IMG/VR virus record: IMGVR_UViG_3300031993_000055
Coordinates: 8,637 to 72,636 of that record
Reading direction: 5' to 3' (one strand)
DNA: 64,000 nucleotides
Source of the DNA: a virus
Lineage: Duplodnaviria > Caudoviricetes
Positions 1 to 9,600 of this stretch are shown one piece after another. The position numbers and the translations under genes are program-made. The notes below the pieces were generated by a model. The model was not told the origin of the DNA, made no database searches, and saw only the letters and a program-made list of their open reading frames with translations. Every line of letters begins with the position of its first letter. Position 1 is the stretch's first letter.

Positions 1-593
1 ATGCAGCCGAACTCGTCCTTGGGGTTCATGACGATGACGCGGTCGCAGCGCGAAGCGAGGTTCACACCGCTCGAGCAGCACATGCCGTCGACGAAAGCCA
101 CGGTAGGCTTGCCCTTCTCGCGGCAGTCGGCAATCATCATCTCGTAGTCGTTACGGCATGAAGACTGTCCGCCGGGGGTGTTGATGACAAAGATGTGGCC
201 TACCACCTGTGGGATGGTGTTGGCATACATCACCTGGTCGCGGAAATCCTTCGTGCCGTACGAGCATCCGTCACCGTCGCGGGTGACAGGACCGTCGACG
301 ACGACCACGTCGATGATCTCGTCATCGTCCTGCAGCTGCTCGTCGTTCCAGTACAGATGGTTCTCCACACGGTAGATATTACCTACATACAGCTTGTCCT
401 CGAAACAGGCGCCGAGGGTCTTGCCGTCTTTCTGATAGCCTTTCTTCGATAGGAAGTAGCCATGCTGCTTCTCTATGTCGTCTCCCAGATGCAGCTCTAC
501 GGCATTCTTCAGGGCATTGGCATAGTTCTGAGCAAGGTCGGGGCGGAAGTCCCAGACCTTGTTGTTCATGATTCGTAACAGAGATACATTCAT
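1..593 (-). CDS. S49 (SppA/ClpP-like) prohead protease, 3' end runs off the window
   Basis: Translated by hand (absent from ORF track): MNVSLLRIMNNKVWDF...VVVDGPVTRDG...HIFVINTPGG...KPTVAFVDGMCCSSGVNLASRCDRVIV, matching the S49 xxSPGG and KPVVAxVDGMxxS motifs. Confidence 0.85.
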   Translation of the reverse strand, partial: MNVSLLRIMNNKVWDFRPDLAQNYANALKNAVELHLGDDIEKQHGYFLSKKGYQKDGKTLGACFEDKLYVGNIYRVENHLYWNDEQLQDDDEIIDVVVVDGPVTRDGDGCSYGTKDFRDQVMYANTIPQVVGHIFVINTPGGQSSCRNDYEMMIADCREKGKPTVAFVDGMCCSSGVNLASRCDRVIVMNPKDEFGC

Positions 594-623
594 ATCATTG
601 ATGTTTTTGTGTTGTTGTCTACT

Positions 624-660
624 GCAAAATTACATTATAACCGTCTGGCCATCAAGGGCA
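624..660 (-). promoter_or_regulatory. Putative late promoter 1
   Basis: TGCCCTTGA-N19-TAATTTTGC upstream of the protease gene. Confidence 0.75.
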
Positions 661-1893
661 TCACTTCGTCTCGGGGTTACGGTGGGTCGCCGGGAAGGCC
701 GTGAACAGCTTCTTGCGGCCGTCGTGCAAAGCCTTGCGGTGGCGTCGCTCCTCGGCCTGCTCGCGGTGCTCGCGCTCCCATCTCTCCTTGGCCTCACGTG
801 CGCGCACCTCCTTATATATAGGCGTGTCTATGACTGCCTCGCCCAGGGCGTCGAGGTGCTCGGCCACGAACTCACAGGCAGCGGCCATGGCCTGCTGGGC
901 ATCCGTCATCGAGTCGCGGCGTGCCATGCGCTCCTCCTTGGGGCCTATGGTCATCTTGCGGCTCTCGACATAGAAACCCAGCGCGGTACGCAGCAGGACG
1001 ACGAGCTCATCGTAGACCTCACTGTCCAGCACCTCCTCCCCGCTGTCGCTCGAGTCCTCGTCGTTAGGCGGCGGACAGGGAAGCCCGAGGTTGGCATACT
1101 CCACGACAGCCTTCAGGAGCTTCAGGCCGATACGCGGCTTGAGGTAGGTGTTCTGGCAGAAGCGGATATCCCTCACCAGCGACACATACGCTGCACGTTC
1201 ACCCTTGATGTCCAGGTACTCGTTCAGGATACGCGCCGTCTGGAACAGCAGGTCCTTATGCAGGTAGAAGGCGTCAGCCTCCTGCCACAGGTCCGTGAAG
1301 TAGCGCTCATGCTTGGCATCGGCCTCGAGGAACAGCAGCAGCGAGTCCGTCGAGCGCCCTGCAGACATGAAGGCATCCTTGACCACGCGGTCCTTGGCCT
1401 TCTCGTCCGCACCGTCATAGCCGTCGGCAGAGACGACGTTCATGCCACCGCCCTCGTTGAAGGAGACGGTCAGCAGTCCTGCCTTGTGCGAGAGCATGCG
1501 GTAGAACTCTATCTGCTGGCAGTAGCGTATGAGCATGATGGTCTGCATGTCCTTCTCGGGCACCTCCCTGTTGTACTCAGGCTCCAGGGGGAAGCTGGCA
1601 GACTGGAACTCACCGCTGGCGATGGAGTCCATGCGTGCCGTGATGTCGGCATGCGGCAGGCTGGCGTCCTCCTTGGCCTTGTGGATAGGTATCACGGTCT
1701 CGGCGGTGATATCCTCATACTCCTGCGTCAGACGGACGTACTCGTTACACAGGTGATGGTACAGCGCCTCGCCCAGAAGCGGCTCGAGCGCCGTGCGCTC
1801 CTCCTCCTCCAGGTAGCTCTTGAGCTGGTCCACACGGTCCCATCTGGCCGTAGGCATGAGATGTATGATCTCGTTCTGTGAGGTTATGAACAT
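661..1893 (-). CDS. Virion morphogenesis protein, possibly head-tail connector-like (410 aa)
   Basis: Long ORF with genome-typical codons, own late-promoter motif, next to the prohead protease. Function inferred from context only. Confidence 0.45.
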   Translation of the reverse strand: MFITSQNEIIHLMPTARWDRVDQLKSYLEEEERTALEPLLGEALYHHLCNEYVRLTQEYEDITAETVIPIHKAKEDASLPHADITARMDSIASGEFQSASFPLEPEYNREVPEKDMQTIMLIRYCQQIEFYRMLSHKAGLLTVSFNEGGGMNVVSADGYDGADEKAKDRVVKDAFMSAGRSTDSLLLFLEADAKHERYFTDLWQEADAFYLHKDLLFQTARILNEYLDIKGERAAYVSLVRDIRFCQNTYLKPRIGLKLLKAVVEYANLGLPCPPPNDEDSSDSGEEVLDSEVYDELVVLLRTALGFYVESRKMTIGPKEERMARRDSMTDAQQAMAAACEFVAEHLDALGEAVIDTPIYKEVRAREAKERWEREHREQAEERRHRKALHDGRKKLFTAFPATHRNPETK

Positions 1894-1910
1894 AGCATAT
1901 CGTTTTTACT

Positions 1911-1947
1911 GCAAAAATAAGCAGGCGCCCCGCCAAAATCAAGGGCA
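1911..1947 (-). promoter_or_regulatory. Putative late promoter 2
   Basis: TGCCCTTGA-N19-TATTTTTGC. Confidence 0.75.
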
Positions 1948-1979
1948 GTCGTCGGGGCAGGAAAATAATCATGGATTTA

Positions 1980-2011
1980 TTTGGTGGTTTCGGAAATAAG
2001 TATTACCTTTG
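1980..2011 (+). promoter_or_regulatory. Bacteroidetes housekeeping-type promoter
   Basis: TTTG-N20-TACCTTTG. Confidence 0.7.
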
Positions 2012-2074
2012 CCCACGGTTAAAATTGGTTTCATGCACAATTTAATGATCCGGATATTTTTTTGAACAATAGAC

Positions 2075-2108
2075 TGAGACCGCCTGTCCGTGATGGATGG
2101 GCGGTCTT
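2075..2108. repeat. 34-bp hairpin direct repeat, copy 1 (left of hicAB)
   Basis: TGAGACCGCCTGTCCGTGATGGATGGGCGGTCTT, identical to 3025-3058; folds as a terminator-like hairpin. Confidence 0.9.
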
Positions 2109-2280
2109 GTCTTTATCATCGCCTGACAATGGCAGGACTTCACGACGACAATAAGCCCGGAACCGTTAAATAAATATAATAAAGGAAACATTTTTGTTTC
2201 TTTTCTTGCATAATAGAAACAAAAACGTTACATTTGCAATGTCTTTTAAGACAAACGTTCTTTTAAATCATTTTAAACAA

Positions 2281-2496
2281 ATGAAGTTTTCACAGTTCTA
2301 CAGGTTCCTCGAATCCCAAGGCTGGACAAGAGGAAAGGGCGGAAATCATCACAAGTATTTCAGCCCCGACTCACGCCACTGGATTCCCGTAGGACGCCAT
2401 GAATCGCAAGAGATTGGCCCCTGGTTGCTCAACAAAATGCTCAACGAAGCGGGATTGAAGGAGGTCTACAGACAGTGGAAAAAGAACAGGACGTGA
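2281..2496 (+). CDS. hicA: HicA family mRNA interferase toxin
   Basis: MKFSQFYRFLESQGW..GKGGNHHKY....IPVGRHESQEIG..LLNKMLNEAGL, typical HicA with the GSH-like His. TACATTTG promoter just upstream. Confidence 0.85.
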   Translation: MKFSQFYRFLESQGWTRGKGGNHHKYFSPDSRHWIPVGRHESQEIGPWLLNKMLNEAGLKEVYRQWKKNRT

Positions 2497-2563
2497 GTCG
2501 GTCGCCCGTCGCTATAGCGGCGATGGGCGACTCTAAGACAAAAACGAAAAAATCAGAATAATT

Positions 2564-2968
2564 ATGAATAAGGATGTTATAGACGTTATTATCGAAGTTG
2601 CTTCCGACGGCGGTTACTGCGCTTTTTCTGAGGACGTACCGATGGTGTATGCCAACGGACTGACAGAGACAGAGGTCAAGCGCGAGTACCTTGAGATGAT
2701 GGAGGAGCAAGCCGAGAACTGCATACAGCGCTCGGGCGAGCGCCCATGGTGGGCCGACGCACAGGTGCGTTTCGTCTATACCATATCGACGATGTTTGCC
2801 ACCTTCCCGTTCCTCAATGCCACCGCACTGGCCGAGTGGATGGGTATCAACCCCGGGCTTATGCGCAAGTACAAGGCAGGCCTGGCTACGCCTCGCGGAA
2901 AGAACCGCAAGATCATCAGCGAGAAGATGGCTATCCTGTCCAAGAAGCTTGCAGACTTTGCAATATAG
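2564..2968 (+). CDS. hicB: HicB family antitoxin with C-terminal HTH
   Basis: VIIEVASDGGYCAF...YANGLTETEVKRE N-terminus and LNATALAEWMGINPGLMRKYKAG HTH; directly downstream of hicA. Confidence 0.85.
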   Translation: MNKDVIDVIIEVASDGGYCAFSEDVPMVYANGLTETEVKREYLEMMEEQAENCIQRSGERPWWADAQVRFVYTISTMFATFPFLNATALAEWMGINPGLMRKYKAGLATPRGKNRKIISEKMAILSKKLADFAI

Positions 2969-3024
2969 GAAAATTGGTTTCGCGCCAAGAACTGTGAAAT
3001 AGGAGAATTTTAAAAAAGAACGTT

Positions 3025-3058
3025 TGAGACCGCCTGTCCGTGATGGATGGGCGGTCTT
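3025..3058. repeat. 34-bp hairpin direct repeat, copy 2; likely bidirectional terminator
   Basis: Identical to 2075-2108; lies between convergent hicB and the 3071-3928 gene. Confidence 0.9.
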
Positions 3059-3070
3059 CTTCTTCTTTTC

Positions 3071-3928
3071 TCAATAGTACACCCTGCCGTCCTCATAGCA
3101 GTAGACAGGCTTCCCGGCGATGCTGGCGATGACAGGCGCCTGACGCGCGTCGCTCTCATAGAAGAGCTGCGCCCAGTCGGCTGCCGCATAGTGCCGTCCC
3201 TTGTAGTGTGCTGCCGTCTCGGTACAGTTACGCGCCTCCCGGCTGATGGCATCGAACATCACCAGATGGTCATAGCTGATGCCATAGCGGCGGAGCCACC
3301 CTTCCGTCACCTCACGGTACTGCTTGAGACGGTAGGTGACGATACTGCCGATCCTGGTCGTGGGGATGACCATCGGCACAGCCTCGGGCAGGTACGCCTC
3401 GTAGGCCTCGCGGTCCGTATCCTTGGGCGGCTCCTTGCACATGATGCCGTCGATATCCCACATGCTCTTCTCCGTCTTGCCCGTATAGTGGTGCAGGATA
3501 TTCCACTCATACAGGTGCAGCCCGTCACTCTCCCGGTAGATATCCTCGAAGAAGATGTCCACCTTCTCCTTGGCCTCGCGCCCCTCGGCGAACACACAGG
3601 CGTAGATGACACCCTCCCCTCGCCCGGAAGCCTCTATGAGCGCGCGCGTGCGTCCCATGGCCTTGCCCTCATAGACCGTGTCGTCGAGCACCAGCACCCT
3701 ACCCTCCTGCATCCTGCGCATGATGGAGCCTCGGCCACCGCAGCTCATCTGGCGCCCCAAGAGGAACTCATCGAGCGTGGCCGCAGGGCAGCCCATGAGC
3801 TCCGAGAGCATCAGGGCCGCGATCATGCCCGAGCGCGGCACGCCCACGACGAGCCTAACATCCCCGGGCACCTTCCAGAGGTTACGGCTGATAGCCTGGG
3901 ACAAATCCTCATATCTGTGGTATATCAT
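3071..3928 (-). CDS. Phosphoribosyltransferase-like / HAD-like fusion protein (285 aa)
   Basis: VVGVPRSGMIAA and VLVLDDTVYEG (PRPP-binding loop-like), C-terminal LFYESD HAD-like segment; ATGA-coupled to the upstream glycosyltransferase. Confidence 0.55.
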   Translation of the reverse strand: MIYHRYEDLSQAISRNLWKVPGDVRLVVGVPRSGMIAALMLSELMGCPAATLDEFLLGRQMSCGGRGSIMRRMQEGRVLVLDDTVYEGKAMGRTRALIEASGRGEGVIYACVFAEGREAKEKVDIFFEDIYRESDGLHLYEWNILHHYTGKTEKSMWDIDGIMCKEPPKDTDREAYEAYLPEAVPMVIPTTRIGSIVTYRLKQYREVTEGWLRRYGISYDHLVMFDAISREARNCTETAAHYKGRHYAAADWAQLFYESDARQAPVIASIAGKPVYCYEDGRVYY

Positions 3929-5418
3929 GTCCAGAGGTCTTTATGTTCTTGGAGCCACTCATCGGGCGACTTCTCCTTCCACGAGCCATGGCCGAAATGG
4001 TAGATGAACGGCTCGAGCGACACATGGTGGTACGGCAGGCGCGCACGGTGTACCTCCTCGAGGAACCAGCAGCCGGTATCATAGGCGATATCAGGCTTGC
4101 GCGGCGTGAGTGCCCACATCTTCGGGTAGTTGTAGTACGAGAGGTTGTTGACCTTCACCAGCGGCACGTTGATGAAGCACAGGAACGGCAGCACGCGGTC
4201 GACGGTGATACCCCACTTCGAGGTGTGCGGCTTGACCTGTCCCACAAAGGTCTGCGTCTTGTCCCAGAACGACGTGATGTCCTGGCGTACCAGCACATCC
4301 GAGTCCATGAGAATAAAAGGGTTACGGCGCTTGTTGATGAGCCACTGGACGGTAAAGCAGTGCTTGGCACTGGCCCAGCCGTTACCCACGTCGACCTTGG
4401 TGGGATAGGCGGCCAGCAGCATGTTGAAGTCGATGATCTGTCCGTGGGTGTTGTCGATGACCTCCACCCCGTCCATGGGCACGAAGGGCGCCTTGTCGGA
4501 GTTGTCGAAGATAATCACCTTCACCCCGGGTGAGGAGCGCTGCAGCGAGCGCACGCAGCACTCGGTCATACGCGGCGTGTTGTAATGCACGATGCAGACG
4601 GTCACCTTATCCTTGCGCGCACGCTCGAAGGCCCCGACATAGGCCATCTTCTCAGGCGTACGCTCGTTATACAGGAAGAAGCGATCGCCGTATTTCCGCT
4701 CGAAGTTCTCATGGGGCGTGAAGCCCGTACCCTTCGACCACTTGTTCTGCATCCACTCCGAGATGGTCTTAGTGGTGTAGTGGCGTATCCAGCCCACGGA
4801 CCAGTCGAGCTCCTGGTGGCTCGAGGGCCTGCAGGGCTGCCCCGCTGCCGTATAGCAGTGGCGCGGCGCATCGGGGAAATGGGGCGACTTCCAGAAAGCC
4901 ACGTTCTTCAGGTGTCCGCGGACGATGCTCTTGACCTGCTCGTTCTCGGGGAAGGCATACTGGATGCACTTGTCCTTCTTGATGGGCTTGGTGAAACGCT
5001 CCGAGAGGCGGCGCCCGTCATCATAGAGGAGCCCACAGTCGCCGTAGCACTTCCAGTTGACCATGACACAGTCGGCATCGGTGGACTCGAAGGTCTTGAG
5101 CCACTTCCTGACAGTGGTGCGTCGCAGCTCGAGGAACTCGTCGAAATCGAAGAAGCCAACCCAGTCGTAGCCGTCGCCGTAGCGGGCGTACAGCTCCGTA
5201 TAGGCACGGCCCTGCACCGCGTCCTGGTCGCGGTAGTCATGGATGGATACACGGCCCGAGGAGACATAGTCCCCAAGGACGGACTCAAAGCGCTCCTCGC
5301 CCTTGTAGTTGTTGTCGGCGATGTAGATGTGGTCGAAACCCAGATCGAGATAATGTCCGACCCACTCGCGTGCATAGCGGTTCTCCCGCCTGCCGATGGC
5401 TATTACTGCTAACTTCAT
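3925..5418 (-). CDS. Two-domain glycosyltransferase (GT2-like fold)
   Basis: REWVGHYLDLGFDHIYIADNN and WVGFFDFDEF in the N-domain; VCIVHYNT, VIIFDNSD and FILMDSDV (DxD) in the C-domain. Start refined to MKLAVIAI. Confidence 0.85.
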   Translation of the reverse strand: MKLAVIAIGRRENRYAREWVGHYLDLGFDHIYIADNNYKGEERFESVLGDYVSSGRVSIHDYRDQDAVQGRAYTELYARYGDGYDWVGFFDFDEFLELRRTTVRKWLKTFESTDADCVMVNWKCYGDCGLLYDDGRRLSERFTKPIKKDKCIQYAFPENEQVKSIVRGHLKNVAFWKSPHFPDAPRHCYTAAGQPCRPSSHQELDWSVGWIRHYTTKTISEWMQNKWSKGTGFTPHENFERKYGDRFFLYNERTPEKMAYVGAFERARKDKVTVCIVHYNTPRMTECCVRSLQRSSPGVKVIIFDNSDKAPFVPMDGVEVIDNTHGQIIDFNMLLAAYPTKVDVGNGWASAKHCFTVQWLINKRRNPFILMDSDVLVRQDITSFWDKTQTFVGQVKPHTSKWGITVDRVLPFLCFINVPLVKVNNLSYYNYPKMWALTPRKPDIAYDTGCWFLEEVHRARLPYHHVSLEPFIYHFGHGSWKEKSPDEWLQEHKDLWT

Positions 5419-5463
5419 GTTGATATAGATATAGAGATTAAAATAAAAATCACTCCTCATTCC

Positions 5464-6357
5464 TCATTCCTCACTCAACCTCTCCTCTATCTCCCTGCGG
5501 ATGAGAGCGGCACGTATCTGCCAGTCCTGCGTGTGCGCGTTATCCTGGAAGCACACGATACCCGCCTCGTGGTCGCGGATGATGGCAGGCAGCAGGCTGA
5601 CGGGTGTCTCGGAGGTGATGAGCTGCGTGCGCGGCGCATGGTCCACCTCCAGCCCTGCGAAATGCTGGTAGAGCGTATAGAGGTAATGATTAAAGCTGCG
5701 GTCGGTACGCTTCAGCGGCGAAAGGTAGCGCAGGATCTCCTCCCCGTGGCGGCGCCATACCTCACGGCAGCTCTCCTTCAGGACAGGGGCGAAGCCATGG
5801 CCGTTGCGCAGCAGCACCGTGCGGTGACGGATGCCGAAGGGACGACCGACCATGTTCTGCTGGTACATGCACTTGCGGTGGAAGACATTGGCACCGCCTG
5901 GGTACGGCTTCTCGAAGTAGTGCTGGCAGGGCAGCCCGTCGCGGAAGAAGTCCTCAGGAGAGAGTGGCGACAGGGGGAACATGTCGTCGTTGGCATAGAT
6001 GAACCGCTCCGAGAGACCGGGGATATCCTTGAGGAACATCTCGATGCACGGCGAGGCGAAGCAAGGCAGGTGTTCCCTGGGAATGAAGTCGCCGTGGAAG
6101 ACGACCGTCAGGGAGAAGAAGGACTGCTCGCGCATCCACGGCTGCATCTGACCCTCGCCGGAGAGCAGGATATAGATACGGTGCAGCCATGGCATATAGC
6201 GACGGCAGCAGCGGATAAGGAGCTCCTCGGTACCCCACGAGCGCCAGCGGCACATCCTGGAGGCGTTGTTGGAGTCGCCGAAGCGGCGGCTGTACTGCTG
6301 CTGCCACTCGGGGTCTTCGGGGAAGACCATGGGAATGACTAAATCTATTTCGTTCAT
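5464..6357 (-). CDS. Stealth family hexose-1-phosphate transferase
   Basis: IDLVIPMVFPEDPEW (CR1-like), ELLIRCCRRYMPWLHRIYIL, FASPCIEMFLKDIPGLSERFIYANDDMF (CR2). Start refined to MNEIDL. Confidence 0.9.
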   Translation of the reverse strand: MNEIDLVIPMVFPEDPEWQQQYSRRFGDSNNASRMCRWRSWGTEELLIRCCRRYMPWLHRIYILLSGEGQMQPWMREQSFFSLTVVFHGDFIPREHLPCFASPCIEMFLKDIPGLSERFIYANDDMFPLSPLSPEDFFRDGLPCQHYFEKPYPGGANVFHRKCMYQQNMVGRPFGIRHRTVLLRNGHGFAPVLKESCREVWRRHGEEILRYLSPLKRTDRSFNHYLYTLYQHFAGLEVDHAPRTQLITSETPVSLLPAIIRDHEAGIVCFQDNAHTQDWQIRAALIRREIEERLSEE

Positions 6358-6381
6358 TTCTCCACGTATTTGTCTTGTTTT

Positions 6382-6419
6382 GCAAAGATACATCAGGCTA
6401 ACACGTAGAATCAAGGGCA
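6382..6419 (-). promoter_or_regulatory. Putative late promoter 3 (drives Stealth-GT-PRTase operon)
   Basis: TGCCCTTGA-N20-TATCTTTGC, 24 nt upstream of the Stealth ATG. Confidence 0.75.
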
Positions 6420-6613
6420 AAATAATCCCCTCCGCAGAGGGGAAAAAAATTATGTTAACAAAAAATATGCAGCGCCTCACGGCGTGAGAGTAAAATCTTT
6501 GTGCAAATATAAAGAATAAATTTCATACATGCCACGATTTTAAGAATTTTAACTCTGAAAAATAATGGCAGCCCCCGCCAAGCCAAATGACGGGGACTGT
6601 ATTCATAGGAATG

Positions 6614-9600
6614 CTAATGCTTCTCACCGTGTCTGTTCAGGGTCTTCTTGCCGGTGTCGTAAGCATCGACCAGCCCACCTCTGCCATAAACATCGAAGTG
6701 ACCCTTCACGCCGTTGACGAGGAGTTCCTCGAGCAGGGCGTTCTGGCGGTCGAGACTGTCCTTGAGACCGACAACCTGCGTCATGTCGGCAGATGACGTG
6801 CCGGTCATCTCGGTTACATCCTCGAACTCATCGAGGTTGCCGTCGGCAAAGGCAGGGATACCGCGCTTCATCGAACGGCGACGGCGCAGGGCCATCGAAC
6901 CGCCGTTGTAGAGCGTCTGGATAGACTGCCAGATACCGGTGTCGTCCATCTGCATCATGCGTGTGGTGTGCGCGTCGATGATGGCCTCGCGCCCCTTCTC
7001 GCCTGTCAGGTGGAACTCAGGACCCGTGGTGATGTGGGTACGGATGTTCTTGCCCATGTACTTGGCACGGTAGGTCTTACCGTCGGCACCGTCCACGTTG
7101 TAGTGGCGGCCAGGGGTGAGGGTGCTCGGGTCGGTGAACTCGTTGACGTTACCCTCGGCATAGGTGAGCATACCGGTGGCAAGACGGCCAGCGCCTACGC
7201 TTGCGCCTGTTACCTGCGCGATCTGGCTCTTGGCTTTGCCGACCTTACTCATGGCCACGGCCATCAGACCGCCTAAAAGTGCCGTCATGGCAGCAAAGGC
7301 GATAGGACCGGCGATAGGACCTAACTGCGACGCGGCCTTTCCGAGGATACCAGGGAGTTCAACCTTACCCTGAGCGTCGGTAGCAAGCATGTTGGTGGTC
7401 AGCATACCGATGGCCGTCTGACCTGCAGCCTGCAGGGCGAACGAGAGGAACTTCTGCGTCGTGTCCATATTCTCGTTACTCATCGTCTGATAGGCGATGC
7501 CGTACATGTTCATGGCAGAAGCCATGGCAGCATACTTACTCTGTGCGCTCGACTTCTCCTCCTTATCGGCCTGTTTCGAGGCATTGGTCTCCTTCTTGGC
7601 ATTCTCGGTCTTCGTCTGGGTCTGTGCATTAGAGTTACTGATGACAACACTCTTTACCTGATTGCTGGCATCAATCTCTGCCTGTGCAGCCTGCCCTGCA
7701 GCCTCTCCTACCTGCTGGTAGTAAGCCAGTTTATCCAAGGCGAAATTACCCGTAGACCCGGATTCCATGTTATCGCCTGCAGGCCCAGAGCCATAGTCGG
7801 CAGACTTGGAGGCGGCAAAGTCGCTACCAGTGTCGGCGCCTTCAGGAACCTGTCCACCAAGAGTCTGTGTCAGGGCGTTGACAGCCTCCGTATTGGCTCT
7901 TGTCGCCTCGTCATTCTGCTGTCCCCCAGAAGGATAGTTAGCACCCTTGTCCGCAGAGAAACCTACACCTGATGGCACACCTTCCACCTGAGGTTCTGAA
8001 CCGTAGTTGGCAAGCTTGTCGCTGGCAAACTCGTTTCCTACACCCGTGCCTGTATCATCCTTCTGGATCTTGATACCTTCAGCCAGCTTATTGGTAAGCG
8101 TGCCGATGCGCTCGGTATTGGCCTTGACGGCACTGGTATTGAGGTCCTCGGCAATCTTATTCAGGTCGAGCGCCCTCGTATTCTCGTCGACACCCTGGTT
8201 CTGCAAACTGGCATTAATCCAGTCGGTAATCCGCTCGGACATCTTGTTGTTCAGGTCGTCCCAGAGTTTCTTCCATGCCTCGGCCTGTGCGTTCTGACGC
8301 TCTATCTCATGCTCACGTTCCAGAGCCTCGCGCTCGTCGAGATGCTCATAGTGGGCGGTGGCTTTACTGGTACCGGCATTGTCGATGACGATATACGTAC
8401 CGGCACCGGGGCCGCCCTTTCCTGTGAGGTTCAGCTTGGCCAGCTCGTTGTAGTACTCGGCATCGCCTGCATGTGAGGCCTCGAACACCTGCTGCAGACT
8501 GCTTGACAAAAGCTCAGACCAAGCCCTCAAATCCTGATACAGGCGGTTCTGTATCTCCTCCTGTTCCCTGGCTATCTGGTTGGTCAGATCCAGCTGCTTC
8601 TTCTCTTCCTCGGTGATAGCAAGATTCAGACTCTTACGCACGTTCTCAGCGTCTGTACTTGCACGCTGGGCATCCCTTACCTTACCTTCAAGCCTGTACT
8701 GCTCAGCCAGCTTATCCAGATATTCGGCCTTCTCGTTACCTATCTTACGCATCAACGCAAACTGTGCGCGCTGTATACTCAGCTGAAGCTGCAGCTGCTT
8801 GATGGCAAGCTTGGATGCGATATTCTCACTGGCGGAGCCGGCACCAATCAGCTGGTTAGCACGACCTATGCTCTCCTGTTGCAGTCCCATGCGCGCCAGT
8901 GCTATATCCGTCTCTTTCTTCAGGTTCTTACCATCAGGCGTGAATATAAGCTTCCACATCATATCAGCATCCTTCTTGATACGTGAAGCCTCTTTACGGA
9001 TAGCGTCCTGCACGGCTTCGTAAGCCTTTCGCAACTGTGCTATCAATGCCTGCTGCACAGAGATGTCACCATCTATCTGTTTGGCCCACTCGTCAAAGCC
9101 AGCCTTAGAGACACGGTCTACCAGCTCTTTGACACCAAGAGTATAGGCATCCTCCAGCTGGTCGAGCAGGAATGCGGTCTTCTTGGGTACGTCGCCCTCA
9201 AGGATGCCCATCTTTGACAATGTCAGCTCAAGGTCTTCTACGATACTGTTCAATGGACGCTCCTTAGCCAGCGTGTCGGCCATGAACTTCACTTGCTTGC
9301 CGATGGACTTCTCCTGCTTCAGGTAGTCGCGTTCCCAACCCAGTCCGAGGTCGGCTTCCCACTTGCGGTATTCCGCCTCTCCACGACCGTTGGGATCTGC
9401 CTTGCGTACCATCTGGGCAAACTGCTTGGTCTTCTCAATACTCTTCTCAATGAACTTTACGTCGTCACCTGTGCGAGCGGCAATAATCTTATGTATAGCC
9501 TCCTGCTCATCCTTGACAACCTCGACATTCTTGTCAGAGTACATCTTCTGAAGCTCGGCCCGACGCTGGTGCCACTCGGCCTCATTCTTGATTGTCCTAA

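Noticed and set aside
559-1881. Long antisense ORFs (also 15650-16687, 17166-18428, 19200-20435, 28652-29755, 46604-47602, 48702-49856, 51262-52338 and those opposite the tape measure)
   Set aside because: Shadow frames of real genes caused by biased codon usage; no motifs or start context.
2075-3058. Insertion sequence around hicAB
   Set aside because: The repeats are direct rather than inverted, and there is no transposase.
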